Origin: Verrucomicrobiota bacterium
Lineage (GTDB): Bacteria > Verrucomicrobiota > Verrucomicrobiia > Limisphaerales > SXQI01
Assembly (NCBI GenBank): GCA_033762115.1
Contig: JANRLX010000126.1
Span: forward strand, 1-63,020
Direction: 5' to 3'
Length of the DNA stretch: 63,020 nt
Positions within the stretch are counted from its first letter, which is position 1. Every line of letters begins with the position of its first letter. The position numbers and the translations under genes were made by a program. The notes under the pieces were generated by a model. That model saw nothing but the letters and a program-made list of their open reading frames with translations. It was not told where the DNA came from and made no database searches. This document shows positions 29,102 through 40,681 of this stretch, in pieces.

Positions 29102-30465
29102 ATCCATTCGCGTTTGCAATATTGCTGTTGCTGCTCCTGACACGGTCTATCACGGCCCAGGATGAGGTGGACGAACTTCGCCCGAATTACAAGGTGTTGT
29201 TTCTGGTGGACAGTTCGCAATCAATGCTGTCCAAACGGCCCGCCATCATTGAATGGCTGCGGGTTTATCTCGCTTCCGGATGTGAAGGAGTGCTCCAAAA
29301 CGGTGATCGATTCACGGTCTGGACCGTCAACCAGAACGGGTTGGTGGATGATTTTCCCGTGCAAACCTGGGGTGCGGAATCAGGGGAACTCCACGCTGAA
29401 CTTGCCGCACAGCAAATACTGGAACAGCGATTCACAGGCGCCACTGCATTCAAACCCGCTCTCTCAAAACTCGAAAACGTTCGTCAGGTTTCACCCCACT
29501 GCATCGTTTACCTCCTCACAGATGGGGACTCCTCCCTCAAAGGATTACCCCTCGATGATGCGATCAATAAGCGCTGGAGCGATCTTCGAAAAATGGGGAA
29601 TAAAGCTCCGTTGCTGACTCAACTTGAAATCCGCAACCAGGCATTCACTTCATGGCGTACCGATTTTCTGAACTCAGCAACAGCGGATGTGCTTCGTTCC
29701 CGGCCTCAGGCGGTATCCACCTCTGAAAACCAATCAGATGAGCAATACGCATCTCTCCTGCGTCAGGCTGCCGCGATGCTCGCGCACATCGCTCAAACGA
29801 TACCTGCAACAAATCACTCCGTCCCGGATCCGGCCAAGAATTTAAGCACAAACCAGATCGCTGCCGTCCGGCAAAATGAGCAGCCAATTATCAGACGGCC
29901 CGCTCGAGCCCCATTGAAGGTAACCGTGCTCGGACCAGTGCCCGTCGAAAAAGAAGTGGAAATTTTCACTCCCCGAAGCGATCCGCTGACCACACAGCCT
30001 TCTCCCGCAAAGACAATCAATCAAATCATCAACCCTGCAGATCGCGTTGTAACCACCCTGGCAAAGCCGGTCCCTGAAAAATCAAAATCACATCCTGAAG
30101 TGACCGCAGCCAATCTCACCAACACTCCTGCCGTGGTGCCTTCTGCAAGTGTACCATCGCGAGCAATTCTTCAAAAGACCTCCACCGCCACCAATCTGGT
30201 AAATCGATCCGCTGCATCCAATTCTCCAGCGAACATTTTGCGAACGGGTGGATTGGACTCTGCCCCAGCGAAGCCAAAAAATCTTTTATCCAATGCTCCT
30301 CCACTTCAGGGAAGCGCCCAGGTGCCACAAGCACGGAAAACGAACGCGATTACATTGCTGGCAGGAGCGGTTTGCGTCGTTTCAATGGGCGTGCTATTTG
30401 CCCGGACATTTCGCCAGCGTAAAGCGCCGAGCATTATCTCCCAAAGCCTTTCACGCAAATTGTAA
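29098..30465 (+). CDS. VWA-like domain protein with Pro/Thr-rich stalk and C-terminal TM anchor
   Basis: Signal peptide, MIDAS-like LVDSSQS and LLTDG, low-complexity linker, TM segment then a basic tail. Confidence 0.72.
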   Translation: MNPFAFAILLLLLLTRSITAQDEVDELRPNYKVLFLVDSSQSMLSKRPAIIEWLRVYLASGCEGVLQNGDRFTVWTVNQNGLVDDFPVQTWGAESGELHAELAAQQILEQRFTGATAFKPALSKLENVRQVSPHCIVYLLTDGDSSLKGLPLDDAINKRWSDLRKMGNKAPLLTQLEIRNQAFTSWRTDFLNSATADVLRSRPQAVSTSENQSDEQYASLLRQAAAMLAHIAQTIPATNHSVPDPAKNLSTNQIAAVRQNEQPIIRRPARAPLKVTVLGPVPVEKEVEIFTPRSDPLTTQPSPAKTINQIINPADRVVTTLAKPVPEKSKSHPEVTAANLTNTPAVVPSASVPSRAILQKTSTATNLVNRSAASNSPANILRTGGLDSAPAKPKNLLSNAPPLQGSAQVPQARKTNAITLLAGAVCVVSMGVLFARTFRQRKAPSIISQSLSRKL

Positions 30466-30471
30466 CAGCGC

Positions 30472-30500
30472 TTGCGGTGCCCGCGCTCTTCACTGATACT
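30472..30500 (+). promoter_or_regulatory. Promoter of the SRP RNA (TTGCGG-17-GATACT)
   Basis: Predicted +1 at about 30507 coincides with the first base of the SRP stem. Confidence 0.65.
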
Positions 30501-30506
30501 ACCTTC

Positions 30507-30598
30507 ACCAGGGCCCACGGAATGTGGACTTACGAACCCCGCCAGGGCAGGAATGCAGCAACGGTAGTTTGCTCTGCATTTGCCGTGGTCACCCTGGT
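30507..30598 (+). ncRNA. ffs: Signal recognition particle RNA (small bacterial 4.5S type)
   Basis: Core GAACCCCGCCAGG-GCA-GGAA-TGC-AGCAACGGTAG (helix 8 with GGAA tetraloop) inside a long hairpin closed by ACCAGGG...CCACGG / CCGTGG...CCCTGGT. Confidence 0.92.
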
Positions 30599-30656
30599 AT
30601 ACTTCCTTTCAATCTCCGGGGTTGCGATGCGTTGCCATCAAGAGTAAAACGCAGGC

Positions 30657-32519
30657 ATGAATTCCCCGTTCACATGGCTCCTGCTGGCTTTAATGCTTCT
30701 GGCCCACCCCATCTCCACGAATGCCGATCCCATTCGACTCCATCCGCGCAACCCGCATTATTTCGAGTACGAAGGCAAGCCGACCATCCTGATTACCTCC
30801 GCAGAACATTACGGGGCTCTGATCAATCTGGATTTCGATTTCGAAAAATATCTCCGCACCCTGAAGCAGGACAATTTGAACAATACTCGCCTCTTCACCG
30901 GATCCTATGTTGAACCGAAGGGAGCATTTAACATAACCCGAAACACCCTGGCACCTGAGCCGGAACGATTCATCTCACCATGGGCGAGAAGCAGCCAACC
31001 GGGTTATGCCAATGGCGGCAACAAATTCGATCTGCTGACCTGGGATCCGAGGTATTTTGAGCGCCTGCATGCCTTGATGAAAGCTGCGGACAAAAATGGA
31101 GTGATTGTTGAACTGAATCTCTTTTGTCCCTTTTATGAGGAGATTCAATGGCGTCTCAGCCCAATGAACGTGGCAAACAACATCAACGGCCTCGGTGATG
31201 TGCCCCGAACAAATGTTTATACGTTGGATAAACATGGGGGACTCCTCTCTATCCAGGAAGAACTCGTTATCAAACTGGTTCGGGAGCTGAACCGCTATGA
31301 CAATCTTTACTATGAGATTTGCAATGAACCTTACTTCGGTGGAGTCACTATTCCTTGGCAGCACCGCATCGCCGAGTTAATTGCTGCAACAGAGAAATCG
31401 TTGCCAAAAAAACATCTCATTTCCCGCAACGTTGCCAATGGTTCTGAGACAGTCACGAACCCACATCCTGCAATTTCAATCTACAATTTTCATTATGCCA
31501 CCCCGCCTTCCGCGGTTGAAGCAAACTATCATCTCAACAAGGTGATCGGCGATAATGAAACTGGTTTTCGCGGCACCAATGATCTGCCTTACCGGGTTGA
31601 AGCATGGGACTTTATTATTGCAGGAGGAGGATTGTTCAACCACCTCGATTACTCCTTTGCCGCGGGGGCGGAAGATGGGACCTTCAACTATCCTTCAAGT
31701 CAGCCCGGTGGCGGAAATCCCGCTTTTCGCAATCAAATGCGTTATCTCAAGGAATTCATAACCGCATTTCCTTTCACCGAAATGCTGCCGGACAAATCCT
31801 TTATCAGAGGAGGCATTCCTGCCAATGGCAGTGGCCGCACCTTATCCAAACGAGGACAACATTACGCTCTCTATTTCGGACCCCAGCCACCTGCCAAGGA
31901 CACTTTCTCCATTCGCTGGACTGGTTCCATACAATCTAGCGAAAATGGAGAGCATACCTTTTGGACCATATCCAATGATGGAATCAGGCTCTGGATTGAT
32001 GACAAACTCATTATCGACAACTGGACCAGCCACTCGGCAAAGGAAGACAGAGCCACAATTGCCTTGGAAAAGGATCGTTCCTACAAGATCAAAATTGAAT
32101 ATTTCCAATCTGGTGGCAATGCGATCTGCAAACTTTTCTGGGCTCCGCCTGGCAGGGAACGGAGTCTCGTTCCGGGTTCAGCATTGAAAGCGGAGCATAC
32201 CGGGGGCGAAGGATTGCAGGGAGTTTACCATACCGGTCAAAACTTCGATCAAAAAGCGTTCACCCGCATTGACAAGGAATTGAATTTTGATTGGAGCAGC
32301 ACCTCTCCATTTGCTTCCAGCACCGCCCTCCCCCCCGGGGCCTCACAATCAATGGAATTGAAGCTCGACCTGCCAAGAGGCAACTACCGTGTTCAATGGT
32401 TCGATACAAAAAAAGGAAAATACGAAATATCGGAGGAATTGAACCATGCTGGAGGCATTGCCACTGTCAAATCTCCAGCTTTCGATGAAGATATTGCGCT
32501 GGCGATTAATCGCATCTGA
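30657..32519 (+). CDS. Clan GH-A (GH5-like) glycoside hydrolase with inserted PA14 domain and C-terminal beta-sandwich
   Basis: Signal peptide, NPHYFEY, acid/base YEICNEP, nucleophile-like GDNETG, PA14 motifs FSIRWTG and SNDGIRLWID, C-terminal YRVQWFD. Confidence 0.82.
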   Translation: MNSPFTWLLLALMLLAHPISTNADPIRLHPRNPHYFEYEGKPTILITSAEHYGALINLDFDFEKYLRTLKQDNLNNTRLFTGSYVEPKGAFNITRNTLAPEPERFISPWARSSQPGYANGGNKFDLLTWDPRYFERLHALMKAADKNGVIVELNLFCPFYEEIQWRLSPMNVANNINGLGDVPRTNVYTLDKHGGLLSIQEELVIKLVRELNRYDNLYYEICNEPYFGGVTIPWQHRIAELIAATEKSLPKKHLISRNVANGSETVTNPHPAISIYNFHYATPPSAVEANYHLNKVIGDNETGFRGTNDLPYRVEAWDFIIAGGGLFNHLDYSFAAGAEDGTFNYPSSQPGGGNPAFRNQMRYLKEFITAFPFTEMLPDKSFIRGGIPANGSGRTLSKRGQHYALYFGPQPPAKDTFSIRWTGSIQSSENGEHTFWTISNDGIRLWIDDKLIIDNWTSHSAKEDRATIALEKDRSYKIKIEYFQSGGNAICKLFWAPPGRERSLVPGSALKAEHTGGEGLQGVYHTGQNFDQKAFTRIDKELNFDWSSTSPFASSTALPPGASQSMELKLDLPRGNYRVQWFDTKKGKYEISEELNHAGGIATVKSPAFDEDIALAINRI

Positions 32520-34964
32520 TCAGTTTCCGCCCGGAGAATCAGTCGTTTTTAAATAGCCTTTCAGGAAATTTTGAATTCGCTCAAATTCAAGATCGGCCTC
32601 CTCCATTAATCTTTTTGAAGGACCAAGTTCTCCTCCTGCCGCTGCGTTTTCCATCTCTTTCAATAGTTCCGCCAGCCGGGACATCCCGCAAGTGCCGCTC
32701 GATCCGGCGGAGCTATGGGCAAGGCGGCAGATCGCTTCCGCAACTCCGGATTTAACTGCCGCTCTCAGGTCAATCATCTGGCGAGCTGTTTGCCCAAGGT
32801 AAAGGTCTATCAATTCCCGCATGCCCGCTGCTGTCCCATCAGTAAATTGCTTAAGCCTCTCCATATTGACCGGCATGCCGTCAGGATTCTTCGATGAACC
32901 TCGACCTTGTGAAACCGTCATTTTTACAGCCGGTTCCCTGCGCTGCGTTTTCCCCCGCTGTTCGGCCCAGCGGATTATCGTTTCCTGAAGCAACTCTGGT
33001 TGTATCGGTTTTGCAATGTAATCGTCCATCCCAGAGGCGAGACACATCTCGCGATCACCCGTCATAGCGTTTGCTGTCATGGCAATGATTGTTGGGGATG
33101 GTTCAAGCTTCAGCGCGCGAATCTGCCGTGTTGCTTCCAGCCCATCCATTTCCGGCATTTGCACGTCCATGAACACAATGTCGAACGATGATTTTCCAAC
33201 CGCTGAAACCGCTTCAAGGCCGTTGGATGCAACTTCGCTGGTATAACCGAGTTGCTGGAACAGCTTCACGGCAACGCGTTGATTGATTTTGTTGTCATCC
33301 ACAAGCAGCAGTCGTAAGGGATGGCGAACCGCAAGCTGCGGGTCGAGTTTGCGAGGTTGCGTCGCCGCTTCAGATTTGCCTGTCTTCCCTGCGTAAGCCT
33401 GTGTCATCAACGTGGAGAGCTGCGCCGGCTTTACCGGTTTGTTCAAACAGGCAAAAAACGGTTTAAGTTTTTCTGCAGGTGTGTCTGACCATACACCTAC
33501 CGAAGTCAGGAGGATCAATGGAAGCTGCTGCCCTGACCGCCGGATTTCTTCCGCCAGTTTTAATCCGTCCATGTCCGGCATCTGCATATCCAGTACACCA
33601 ATATCGAATTTCTTTCCTTGTGAAAAAAGCTCCAGGGCAGCCGGTCCCGAATCCACTTCCTCCGAAACCATCCCCCATTTACGGGCCTGTAACGCGAGAA
33701 TGCGACGATTCGTGATATTATCATCCACGATCAGCAGCTTCAGTCCCTTTAATCGTTCCGGTTCTGCAACCGTCGGCTTGGATACCACGGCATCCACCAG
33801 GATGGTAAAATGAAAGGTGGAGCCATAACCCGGTGTGCTTTCGACCCACATCTTTCCACCCATCAATTCAACCAGCGACTTGCTGATGGCAAGGCCAAGC
33901 CCCGTGCCGCCGTAATTCCTCGTCGTTGAGGGATCAAGTTGTGTAAAGGAACGAAATAAAAGTTGGAATTTTTCCGGGGGAATGCCTATGCCAGTGTCGC
34001 GCACGGAAAAATGGATGCAACATTTCGGTTTGTTCGATCCCTGGCTGTTGCACTCACCCCCCGAGCCGCCAAATGATGCGGAAACATGAGTAAAAACCTC
34101 CCCTTTTGCCGTGAACTTCACCGCGTTGCTGACCAGGTTGAGTAATACCTGCCGTAATCGCGTGGCATCCCCGATGACCTCACTCGGAACGGTATCCTCC
34201 ACGTGATAATTCAGATCCAGCCCCTTCTCGGAAGCCTTGTTCGCCATCAGGTCAAGCACATCCTCAATGCATTGGACCAGGGTGAAATTGTGCAGTTCAA
34301 GTTCGAGTCGGCCAGATTCGATTTTTGAAAAATCCAGAATGTCATTAATGATCGTCAGCAATGCATCTCCACTGGTGTGGATCGTGTCCACCAATTCCCG
34401 CTGCTGAGAATTCAAGGGAGTTTCCAGAAGCAATCGGACCATTGAAATAACCCCGTTCATCGGGGTTCGAATTTCATGGCTCATGTGCGCCAGGAACTCC
34501 GATTTGGCCTTGCTTGCAGCTTCGGCGTGCGTTCGGGCGCTTTCCAATTCCTTGTTTGCAAGTGCCAGTTCGTCCTGAAGAACCTTCGCCCTCAATTGAG
34601 CGCAAACACGGGCACGCAATTCCGACGGATCAAATGGCTTGGTAACATAATCAATCGCGCCAAGTTCAAACGCGCGGACTTTATCCGATGAACTGTCCCA
34701 CGCAGTAATCAGAAGCACCGGGATACTTTGCAGTGAGGGATTGGCTTTGATCCGACGCAACACCTCAAACCCGTCCATGTCCGGCAACCCCAAATCCAGG
34801 AGCACCAGTGAAATTGACTGGTGGGTGAGGATTTCAAGCGCCTCCGTTCCATTTACGGCAAAAGAAGTGATGATATTTTCACGAGCCAGGGCGGAAGCAA
34901 CCACCCCATGAACTGCTGGATCATCTTCGACCAATAGAACGGGCAGGCTTCTATGTAAGTCCAT
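32520..34964 (-). CDS. Hybrid histidine kinase REC-HisKA-HATPase-REC-REC-Hpt
   Basis: Motifs [36 protein letters not shown]; three REC domains; Hpt LAHSSAGSS. Start set at ATG 34964. Confidence 0.93.
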   Translation of the reverse strand: MDLHRSLPVLLVEDDPAVHGVVASALARENIITSFAVNGTEALEILTHQSISLVLLDLGLPDMDGFEVLRRIKANPSLQSIPVLLITAWDSSSDKVRAFELGAIDYVTKPFDPSELRARVCAQLRAKVLQDELALANKELESARTHAEAASKAKSEFLAHMSHEIRTPMNGVISMVRLLLETPLNSQQRELVDTIHTSGDALLTIINDILDFSKIESGRLELELHNFTLVQCIEDVLDLMANKASEKGLDLNYHVEDTVPSEVIGDATRLRQVLLNLVSNAVKFTAKGEVFTHVSASFGGSGGECNSQGSNKPKCCIHFSVRDTGIGIPPEKFQLLFRSFTQLDPSTTRNYGGTGLGLAISKSLVELMGGKMWVESTPGYGSTFHFTILVDAVVSKPTVAEPERLKGLKLLIVDDNITNRRILALQARKWGMVSEEVDSGPAALELFSQGKKFDIGVLDMQMPDMDGLKLAEEIRRSGQQLPLILLTSVGVWSDTPAEKLKPFFACLNKPVKPAQLSTLMTQAYAGKTGKSEAATQPRKLDPQLAVRHPLRLLLVDDNKINQRVAVKLFQQLGYTSEVASNGLEAVSAVGKSSFDIVFMDVQMPEMDGLEATRQIRALKLEPSPTIIAMTANAMTGDREMCLASGMDDYIAKPIQPELLQETIIRWAEQRGKTQRREPAVKMTVSQGRGSSKNPDGMPVNMERLKQFTDGTAAGMRELIDLYLGQTARQMIDLRAAVKSGVAEAICRLAHSSAGSSGTCGMSRLAELLKEMENAAAGGELGPSKRLMEEADLEFERIQNFLKGYLKTTDSPGGN

Positions 34965-35104
34965 GTCAGAAATGAAAGTAAATCCCTGCCACAAATCTGC
35001 CAATTAAGAACACCAAAGCTCTTTCAGCACGAAAACGTTACTTTTGAGGAAGGAAATCACAGGCCGGATCTACGCGGTAAATTTGCCGGGAGGCCAGCCG
35101 CTGA

Positions 35105-38100
35105 TTAAACCTGCTCTTTTTCCTGCGCGAGGATTTCTGTCACTCGATAAAACTCATCTTTAATCAATGGAAGCATGTCCGCAGCGGCGCCCAGGTTCTT
35201 CTCTCTTGCATGATTCACCATTTCAGCGCACAGCGTCCCCAGTCGGGCGGCTCCAAGGTTGCTGGCGCTCCCCTTCAGACTATGGGCGGCATTCTCGAGT
35301 GTGTGCGGATCTTCAGCCCTCACAGCAATCTCGATTTTTTCCAGGCGGGCAGGAGTGTCCCCGAGAAACAATTCAATCAACTCAGCCAAAGGATCCGGCT
35401 CTCCCGGCACTTTCAATGCCCGCAGATTCTCCAGCACTGATTTATCGATTGTTGGCTCGGTTTGCTCCGGATTTGATGAACTTTTCATTGGATTTGCTGC
35501 GATCTGGTCTATGCCACGTTGCAGTGCAGCTTCCAATTCTTCAATTCGAACAGGTTTGCTGATGTAATCATTCATTCCCGCGGCGATGCAAACCTCCCGG
35601 TCACCCGCCAGTGCATTTGCAGTCATGGCAATAATATATTGCCCTGTTTTATCATCCCTGTTTTGGGACGCAGCTTCCAATTGTCGGATTTTCCGGGCAG
35701 TGGCGTAACCATCCAGCTCCGGCATCTGGCAATCCATTAAAATAATATCGTACGGGATTCGCTCCAGCGCCGTCAGGACCTCCAGTCCATTCGCCACCGC
35801 GTCAGCCTGGTAACCCAGCCGCTGCAACTGCCTTAGAGCGACCTTCTGGTTCACCATGTTGTCTTCTGCAACCAGGATTCGGGTGTGTTTCGGCGTCGGC
35901 TTGGTCTGCTCCGGCTTGCTGGCAGGGACAGGTGCCGATGCTCTCATCCGGCTCTGACCTTTCTGGTCCGAATCATAAGCCAATGCCAGCGCATCAAAGA
36001 GCCTTGATTGCTTCACCGGTTTGACCAGGTAAGCCGATATTCCTGCTTCCTTCCAGCTTCGTTCCTCCGGGAAATATCCAAGAGATGTCAGCATGACCAG
36101 TTTGACTGAGGAAATTTTGGGATCAGCTTTGATCTGTCGGGCCAGGGTCATCCCATCCATGTCCGGCATTTGCATATCCAGGATGACAAGCTGGTATGGA
36201 TCACCCTCATCCACAGCTTTGTGCAATAATTGTAACGCATCGGGTCCGGAGGCAGCGCTCCCGTTGCGCATTTTCCATGCAAGGATCTGGTGATGAACAA
36301 TCTGCCGGTTCGTTTCATTATCATCTACCACCATGACCCTCACACCTTCGAGTGACTCGCGGTTGACAGCATGCGGACGTGGTTTGGGATGATGATTTCG
36401 TTCAAACGGAATCACCATCCAGAATGTGGAACCTTTCCCAGGGGTGCTTTCGAAACCAATCTTGCCTCCCATCAGCTCAACCAGTTGCTTGCTGATGGCA
36501 AGTCCCAGGCCTGTTCCCCCATACCGCCGGGTCATTGAGCCATCCGCCTGGGTGAAAGCCTGGAAAATCCGACTCTGCGCTTCTTGAGTGATTCCTATAC
36601 CGCTGTCCCGAACCGCAATTTTGATAATTGCTTTGTCCTCGTCAAATCCTTCGCAGGTCACATCAACAAGCACCTCACCCTTTGGAGTGAACTTGATCGC
36701 ATTACCAGTCAGGTTGGTCAGCACCTGCCGCAGTCGTCCGGGATCTCCCCGCAGATCACGGACCACATCTTCATGAATCCATGAGGCGAGTTCGATGCCT
36801 TTCGTTTGAGCGCTTTCAGCCAGCAACTCAACAGTGCCCTCCACCACTTCCGTAAGATCAAAATCAATCACTTCGACAGCCAGCTTGCCTGCTTCAATTT
36901 TCGAGAAATCGAGAATATCATTGATAATGCTCAACAATGCTTCGGCACTATTTCGAATCGTCTCGCCGAAATCCCGTTGTTCATCCGTCAAAACGGTATC
37001 CAGGATCAATCCTGTCATGCCCATGATGGCATTCATCGGAGTACGGATTTCATGGCTCATGTTGGCCAGAAACTCCGATTTAAGACGTGAGGATTCCAGG
37101 GCCGCATCACGGGCCAGGGCCAGTTCCTTTTCAACTGCTTTCAAAGCAGTGATATCCTTTGAAATACCAAATGTCCCAACCACCTCACCATTCCGGTTTT
37201 TCAGAGGGACCTTGGTCGTTAAAATCCATTTCTCCCGTCCATCCAGCCAATCTTCATGCTCCGTCTTGGCGATCATCGGGACGCCAGTGGAGATGATGCG
37301 CTGCTCATCTTCGTAAGCCTCCTGCGCATGCTCTGCACTGAAGAAATCCCAGTCCGTCTTTCCGATCACCCCCTCGGCATCTTCGCAGCCCATGTTTTTG
37401 GCAAGCGCAGTGCTCACCAGGGTAAAGCGGGACTCCCGGTCCTTGAAATAAATGTGGTCCGGGATATTTTCGAGCATCGCCCGCAGCAGATCCCTTTCAC
37501 GTGCCAATGCCGCCTCGGCATTGAAACGTTCCGTTTCGTCCCAAAAAATCCCCTGGATACCCACGATTTTTCCGTTGAAATCGTACAGTGGAGATTTAAT
37601 CACATGGACATAGCGCGTTCCCTGCTCCGGTGATCGATACTCTTCAATGGCATCGAAAGGCTTTTGCGACAAAACAACGTTCTTGTCATCCGTCTGGTAC
37701 TTAATGGCCATTTCCCTGGGAAACAGGTCGAAGTCCGTTTTCCCCAAAATTTCGTTCAAACTTCTTCCCACCGTGGCGCAAAATCGGGAATTCGCGAAAG
37801 TGAACCGGCCAGCCACATCTTTCCTGAAAATATTCTGCGGAAGATTCTCAACCAGGGAGTGATAAAAAGCCACGGAGTCTTTCAACGCGACTTCTGTCTT
37901 CACCTGTTTATCCTGCAACTCCAGAATGTCCCGCCGGACAATCAATTGATTACTGACCTGGCGGGCCAGCACCCTTAATGCCTGGCATTGCTGCCGGGTC
38001 AGTTGCCTTGGCTCACGCCCCATCACCGAGAGCACTCCGATAACCTGCCCTTCGCTTGAGATCAATGGCACTCCAGCATAAAAGCGAATATGTTCGGTTC

Positions 38101-38446
38101 CCTGCACCATTGAAAGCGAAGAGCTGCGAGGGTCTTCCATTGCATCTTCAACAATAAACAAATCAGGATTGGTGAGATGTAATGCGATAAATGAATCCTT
38201 CAGGGGGATTTCAGCCAAATCCAGACCATATCTCGATTTATTCCATTGCCGCCGATCATCCACAAAAGAGATGAATGAAATGGGAGTTTGGCAGATTTGT
38301 GAGGCTAAAAGTGTTAATTCGTCGAACGCCTCCTCCGGAGGCGTATCGAGAATAGCATATTCGGCCAGACATCGAAGTCTGGCTGCTTCGTCTGTAGATA
38401 ACGGAGCGTTCACGGGGTAAATAATAGACTCATTTGGTATCGGCAA
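35105..38446 (-). CDS. Hybrid histidine kinase GAF-PAS-PAS-HisKA-HATPase-REC-REC-Hpt
   Basis: GAF ([11 protein letters not shown]...IRFYAGVPL), two PAS/PAC domains ([16 protein letters not shown]), SHEIRTPMN, Hpt AHSLKGSA; no TM segment. Confidence 0.95.
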   Translation of the reverse strand: MPIPNESIIYPVNAPLSTDEAARLRCLAEYAILDTPPEEAFDELTLLASQICQTPISFISFVDDRRQWNKSRYGLDLAEIPLKDSFIALHLTNPDLFIVEDAMEDPRSSSLSMVQGTEHIRFYAGVPLISSEGQVIGVLSVMGREPRQLTRQQCQALRVLARQVSNQLIVRRDILELQDKQVKTEVALKDSVAFYHSLVENLPQNIFRKDVAGRFTFANSRFCATVGRSLNEILGKTDFDLFPREMAIKYQTDDKNVVLSQKPFDAIEEYRSPEQGTRYVHVIKSPLYDFNGKIVGIQGIFWDETERFNAEAALARERDLLRAMLENIPDHIYFKDRESRFTLVSTALAKNMGCEDAEGVIGKTDWDFFSAEHAQEAYEDEQRIISTGVPMIAKTEHEDWLDGREKWILTTKVPLKNRNGEVVGTFGISKDITALKAVEKELALARDAALESSRLKSEFLANMSHEIRTPMNAIMGMTGLILDTVLTDEQRDFGETIRNSAEALLSIINDILDFSKIEAGKLAVEVIDFDLTEVVEGTVELLAESAQTKGIELASWIHEDVVRDLRGDPGRLRQVLTNLTGNAIKFTPKGEVLVDVTCEGFDEDKAIIKIAVRDSGIGITQEAQSRIFQAFTQADGSMTRRYGGTGLGLAISKQLVELMGGKIGFESTPGKGSTFWMVIPFERNHHPKPRPHAVNRESLEGVRVMVVDDNETNRQIVHHQILAWKMRNGSAASGPDALQLLHKAVDEGDPYQLVILDMQMPDMDGMTLARQIKADPKISSVKLVMLTSLGYFPEERSWKEAGISAYLVKPVKQSRLFDALALAYDSDQKGQSRMRASAPVPASKPEQTKPTPKHTRILVAEDNMVNQKVALRQLQRLGYQADAVANGLEVLTALERIPYDIILMDCQMPELDGYATARKIRQLEAASQNRDDKTGQYIIAMTANALAGDREVCIAAGMNDYISKPVRIEELEAALQRGIDQIAANPMKSSSNPEQTEPTIDKSVLENLRALKVPGEPDPLAELIELFLGDTPARLEKIEIAVRAEDPHTLENAAHSLKGSASNLGAARLGTLCAEMVNHAREKNLGAAADMLPLIKDEFYRVTEILAQEKEQV

Positions 38447-38714
38447 AACTTACAAGGACTGGAGTCATTAGAAATATTTTTTCTTTGAATCAGCAAGTTC
38501 TTCCCCTACCCGGAATCTCCAGCCCCAAAGTTGACTGAAAAAACTCGTTCCCTCATGCGTCTGCCGCCAGTCCAGCTGCGGCCTAACGAAACACCATGTC
38601 ACTAAATCCTTGAAACGCAACAACGAACAGCAGTTCCCGCCGGGATCCGCAAAACGAACTCCTTTGAACGTTTTCATGTTTTTCTTGTCCGTCTTCGCGT
38701 AAGTTATCACTCAC

Positions 38715-39704
38715 ATGAATGCAGGGATTATAGCGATAAACCAGGAAGTGCAGCGGGTCGGCGCATTTGTTCAACCGTTGTTTGCGGAACTCAATCAAGT
38801 TGTCATTGGTCAGCGATATCTTTTGGAACGGCTTTGCATCGGCCTTCTCGCCAATGGGCATGTTCTTTTGGAGGGGGTTCCCGGCCTGGCCAAGACCCTT
38901 TCCGTCAAAACATTGGCAGCCACCCTGAACGTCCGGTTCTCACGCCTCCAATTCACTCCGGACATGTTGCCCGCCGATGTCATTGGCACTCAGATCTACA
39001 ACCCCGCTTCCGGCAGTTTCACCACCCGGCGCGGCCCCATTTTTTCAAACCTGGTGCTGGCTGATGAAATCAACCGGGCTCCTGCCAAGGTCCAGAGCGC
39101 ACTTCTGGAAGCCATGCAGGAAAAACAGGTCACCATTGGTGAACAAACCTTTAAACTGGAAGAACCTTTTCTGGTTCTTGCCACTCAAAATCCCATTGAA
39201 CAGGAAGGAACATACCCACTTCCGGAAGCTCAGGTGGATCGTTTCATGTTGAAACTCCGCATCGGTTACCCGCTTCGAAGTGAAGAGAGGCAAATTCTGG
39301 ATTCAATGGCCCGCACCGCTGACTTGCCGGTTGCCCGGCCGGTTGTGGATGCGCAACAGATCATGGAAGCCCGACGCGTTATCAATGACATCTATCTGGA
39401 TGACAAAGTGAAGGATTATATCGTGGATTTGGTCTGTGCCACCCGCAATCCGGAGCAATACAATATTGCAGTAAAGGATTTTATCCAGCTGGGCGCTTCC
39501 CCCCGCGCAACCATTGCCCTGACCCTTGCCTCGAAAGCCCACGCCTTCCTCAAGGGACGCGGGTATGTAACACCCCAGGATGTGAAAAGCATTGGCATGG
39601 ATGTCCTGAGACACCGTGTCGCCATCACTTACGAAGCGGAGGCCGAGGACAAAACCAGTGAAACGGTCATTCAAAAGATTTTTGATGAACTGCCGGTACC
39701 TTGA
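38715..39704 (+). CDS. moxR: MoxR-family AAA+ ATPase
   Basis: Motifs LLEGVPGLAKT, QFTPDMLPAD, LADEINRAPAKVQSALLEAM, ATQNPIEQEGTYPLPEAQ. Confidence 0.96.
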   Translation: MNAGIIAINQEVQRVGAFVQPLFAELNQVVIGQRYLLERLCIGLLANGHVLLEGVPGLAKTLSVKTLAATLNVRFSRLQFTPDMLPADVIGTQIYNPASGSFTTRRGPIFSNLVLADEINRAPAKVQSALLEAMQEKQVTIGEQTFKLEEPFLVLATQNPIEQEGTYPLPEAQVDRFMLKLRIGYPLRSEERQILDSMARTADLPVARPVVDAQQIMEARRVINDIYLDDKVKDYIVDLVCATRNPEQYNIAVKDFIQLGASPRATIALTLASKAHAFLKGRGYVTPQDVKSIGMDVLRHRVAITYEAEAEDKTSETVIQKIFDELPVP

Positions 39705-39722
39705 GTCTGTTTACCCGGTTCC

Positions 39723-40679
39723 ATGATACCTCGAGAGATTCTTAAGAAAATCCGACAGATCGAACTGCGCACCCGCCGTCTCGTGAATGAGACCCTCGCA
39801 GGCCAGTATCATAGTGCCTTTAAGGGCCAGGGAATGGATTTTGAGGAGGTAAGGGAGTACCAGCCGGGGGATGATGTCCGCTCGATTGACTGGAACGTGA
39901 CCGCTCGGATGAATCATCCCTTCATCAAGAAATTCCGCGAAGAACGGGAACTGACTGTCATGCTCATCGTGGATTTAAGTGGCTCAGGAATATTCGGCTC
40001 CGGTTCTCAATCCAAGCGGGAACTCGCCGCCGAGATCAGCTCCGTCCTCGCTTTTTCCGCCATTCGCAATAACGATAAGGTTGGATTGCTTCTCTTCACT
40101 GATGAAGTGGAAAAGTTCATCCCTCCCGCAAAGGGCCGGAAGCACGTCCTGCGAGTCATTCGGGAAGTTCTTTTCTTCGAGCCTCGACGCACCGGCACAG
40201 ATCTGAACGAAGCAATCGACTTTTTCATGCGCGTCGCTCACCACCGGTCCATTACGATCATTGTTTCCGATTTCCTCTCTCAAAATCCGAAAACCGCAGT
40301 GAAGCGTCCAAATGACCCTCGCCCCCGCTCTGTTTTGGCTCCAACGTTTGCACAAAATTCTACAACAGCCCTGAAACAGATCGCCCGCAAGCATGATGTG
40401 GTGGCGGTCCGGATTTATGATCGGCATGAGATTGAACTGCCTGCGCTCGGTTATCTTTTGCTCAAAGACTCTGAAACGGGCGAATTGATCGAAGTCAACA
40501 GTGGTGATCCAAGAAAACGGGAAGCCTTTGCGCAACGTCAACTTCGCGCCCAACAGGAACTGGAGCGTCTGTTTCGTTCTGCCCGGATTGACTCTATTCA
40601 ACTTCGCACGGATCAGCCCTACGCTGCTGCCCTGACTCGCTTCTTTCAGGATCGCGAAAAACGCCTCACCCACGTCTGA
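39723..40679 (+). CDS. DUF58 domain protein
   Basis: GQGMDFEEVREYQPGDDVRSIDWNVTAR; follows moxR. Confidence 0.95.
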   Translation: MIPREILKKIRQIELRTRRLVNETLAGQYHSAFKGQGMDFEEVREYQPGDDVRSIDWNVTARMNHPFIKKFREERELTVMLIVDLSGSGIFGSGSQSKRELAAEISSVLAFSAIRNNDKVGLLLFTDEVEKFIPPAKGRKHVLRVIREVLFFEPRRTGTDLNEAIDFFMRVAHHRSITIIVSDFLSQNPKTAVKRPNDPRPRSVLAPTFAQNSTTALKQIARKHDVVAVRIYDRHEIELPALGYLLLKDSETGELIEVNSGDPRKREAFAQRQLRAQQELERLFRSARIDSIQLRTDQPYAAALTRFFQDREKRLTHV

Positions 40680-40681
40680 CC

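Noticed and set aside
30524..30913. 129-aa ORF, and a TGgTATACT extended -10 at 30595-30603
   Set aside because: The ORF overlaps the SRP RNA and the hydrolase in another frame. The -10-like motif coincides with the SRP closing stem, so it cannot be supported independently.
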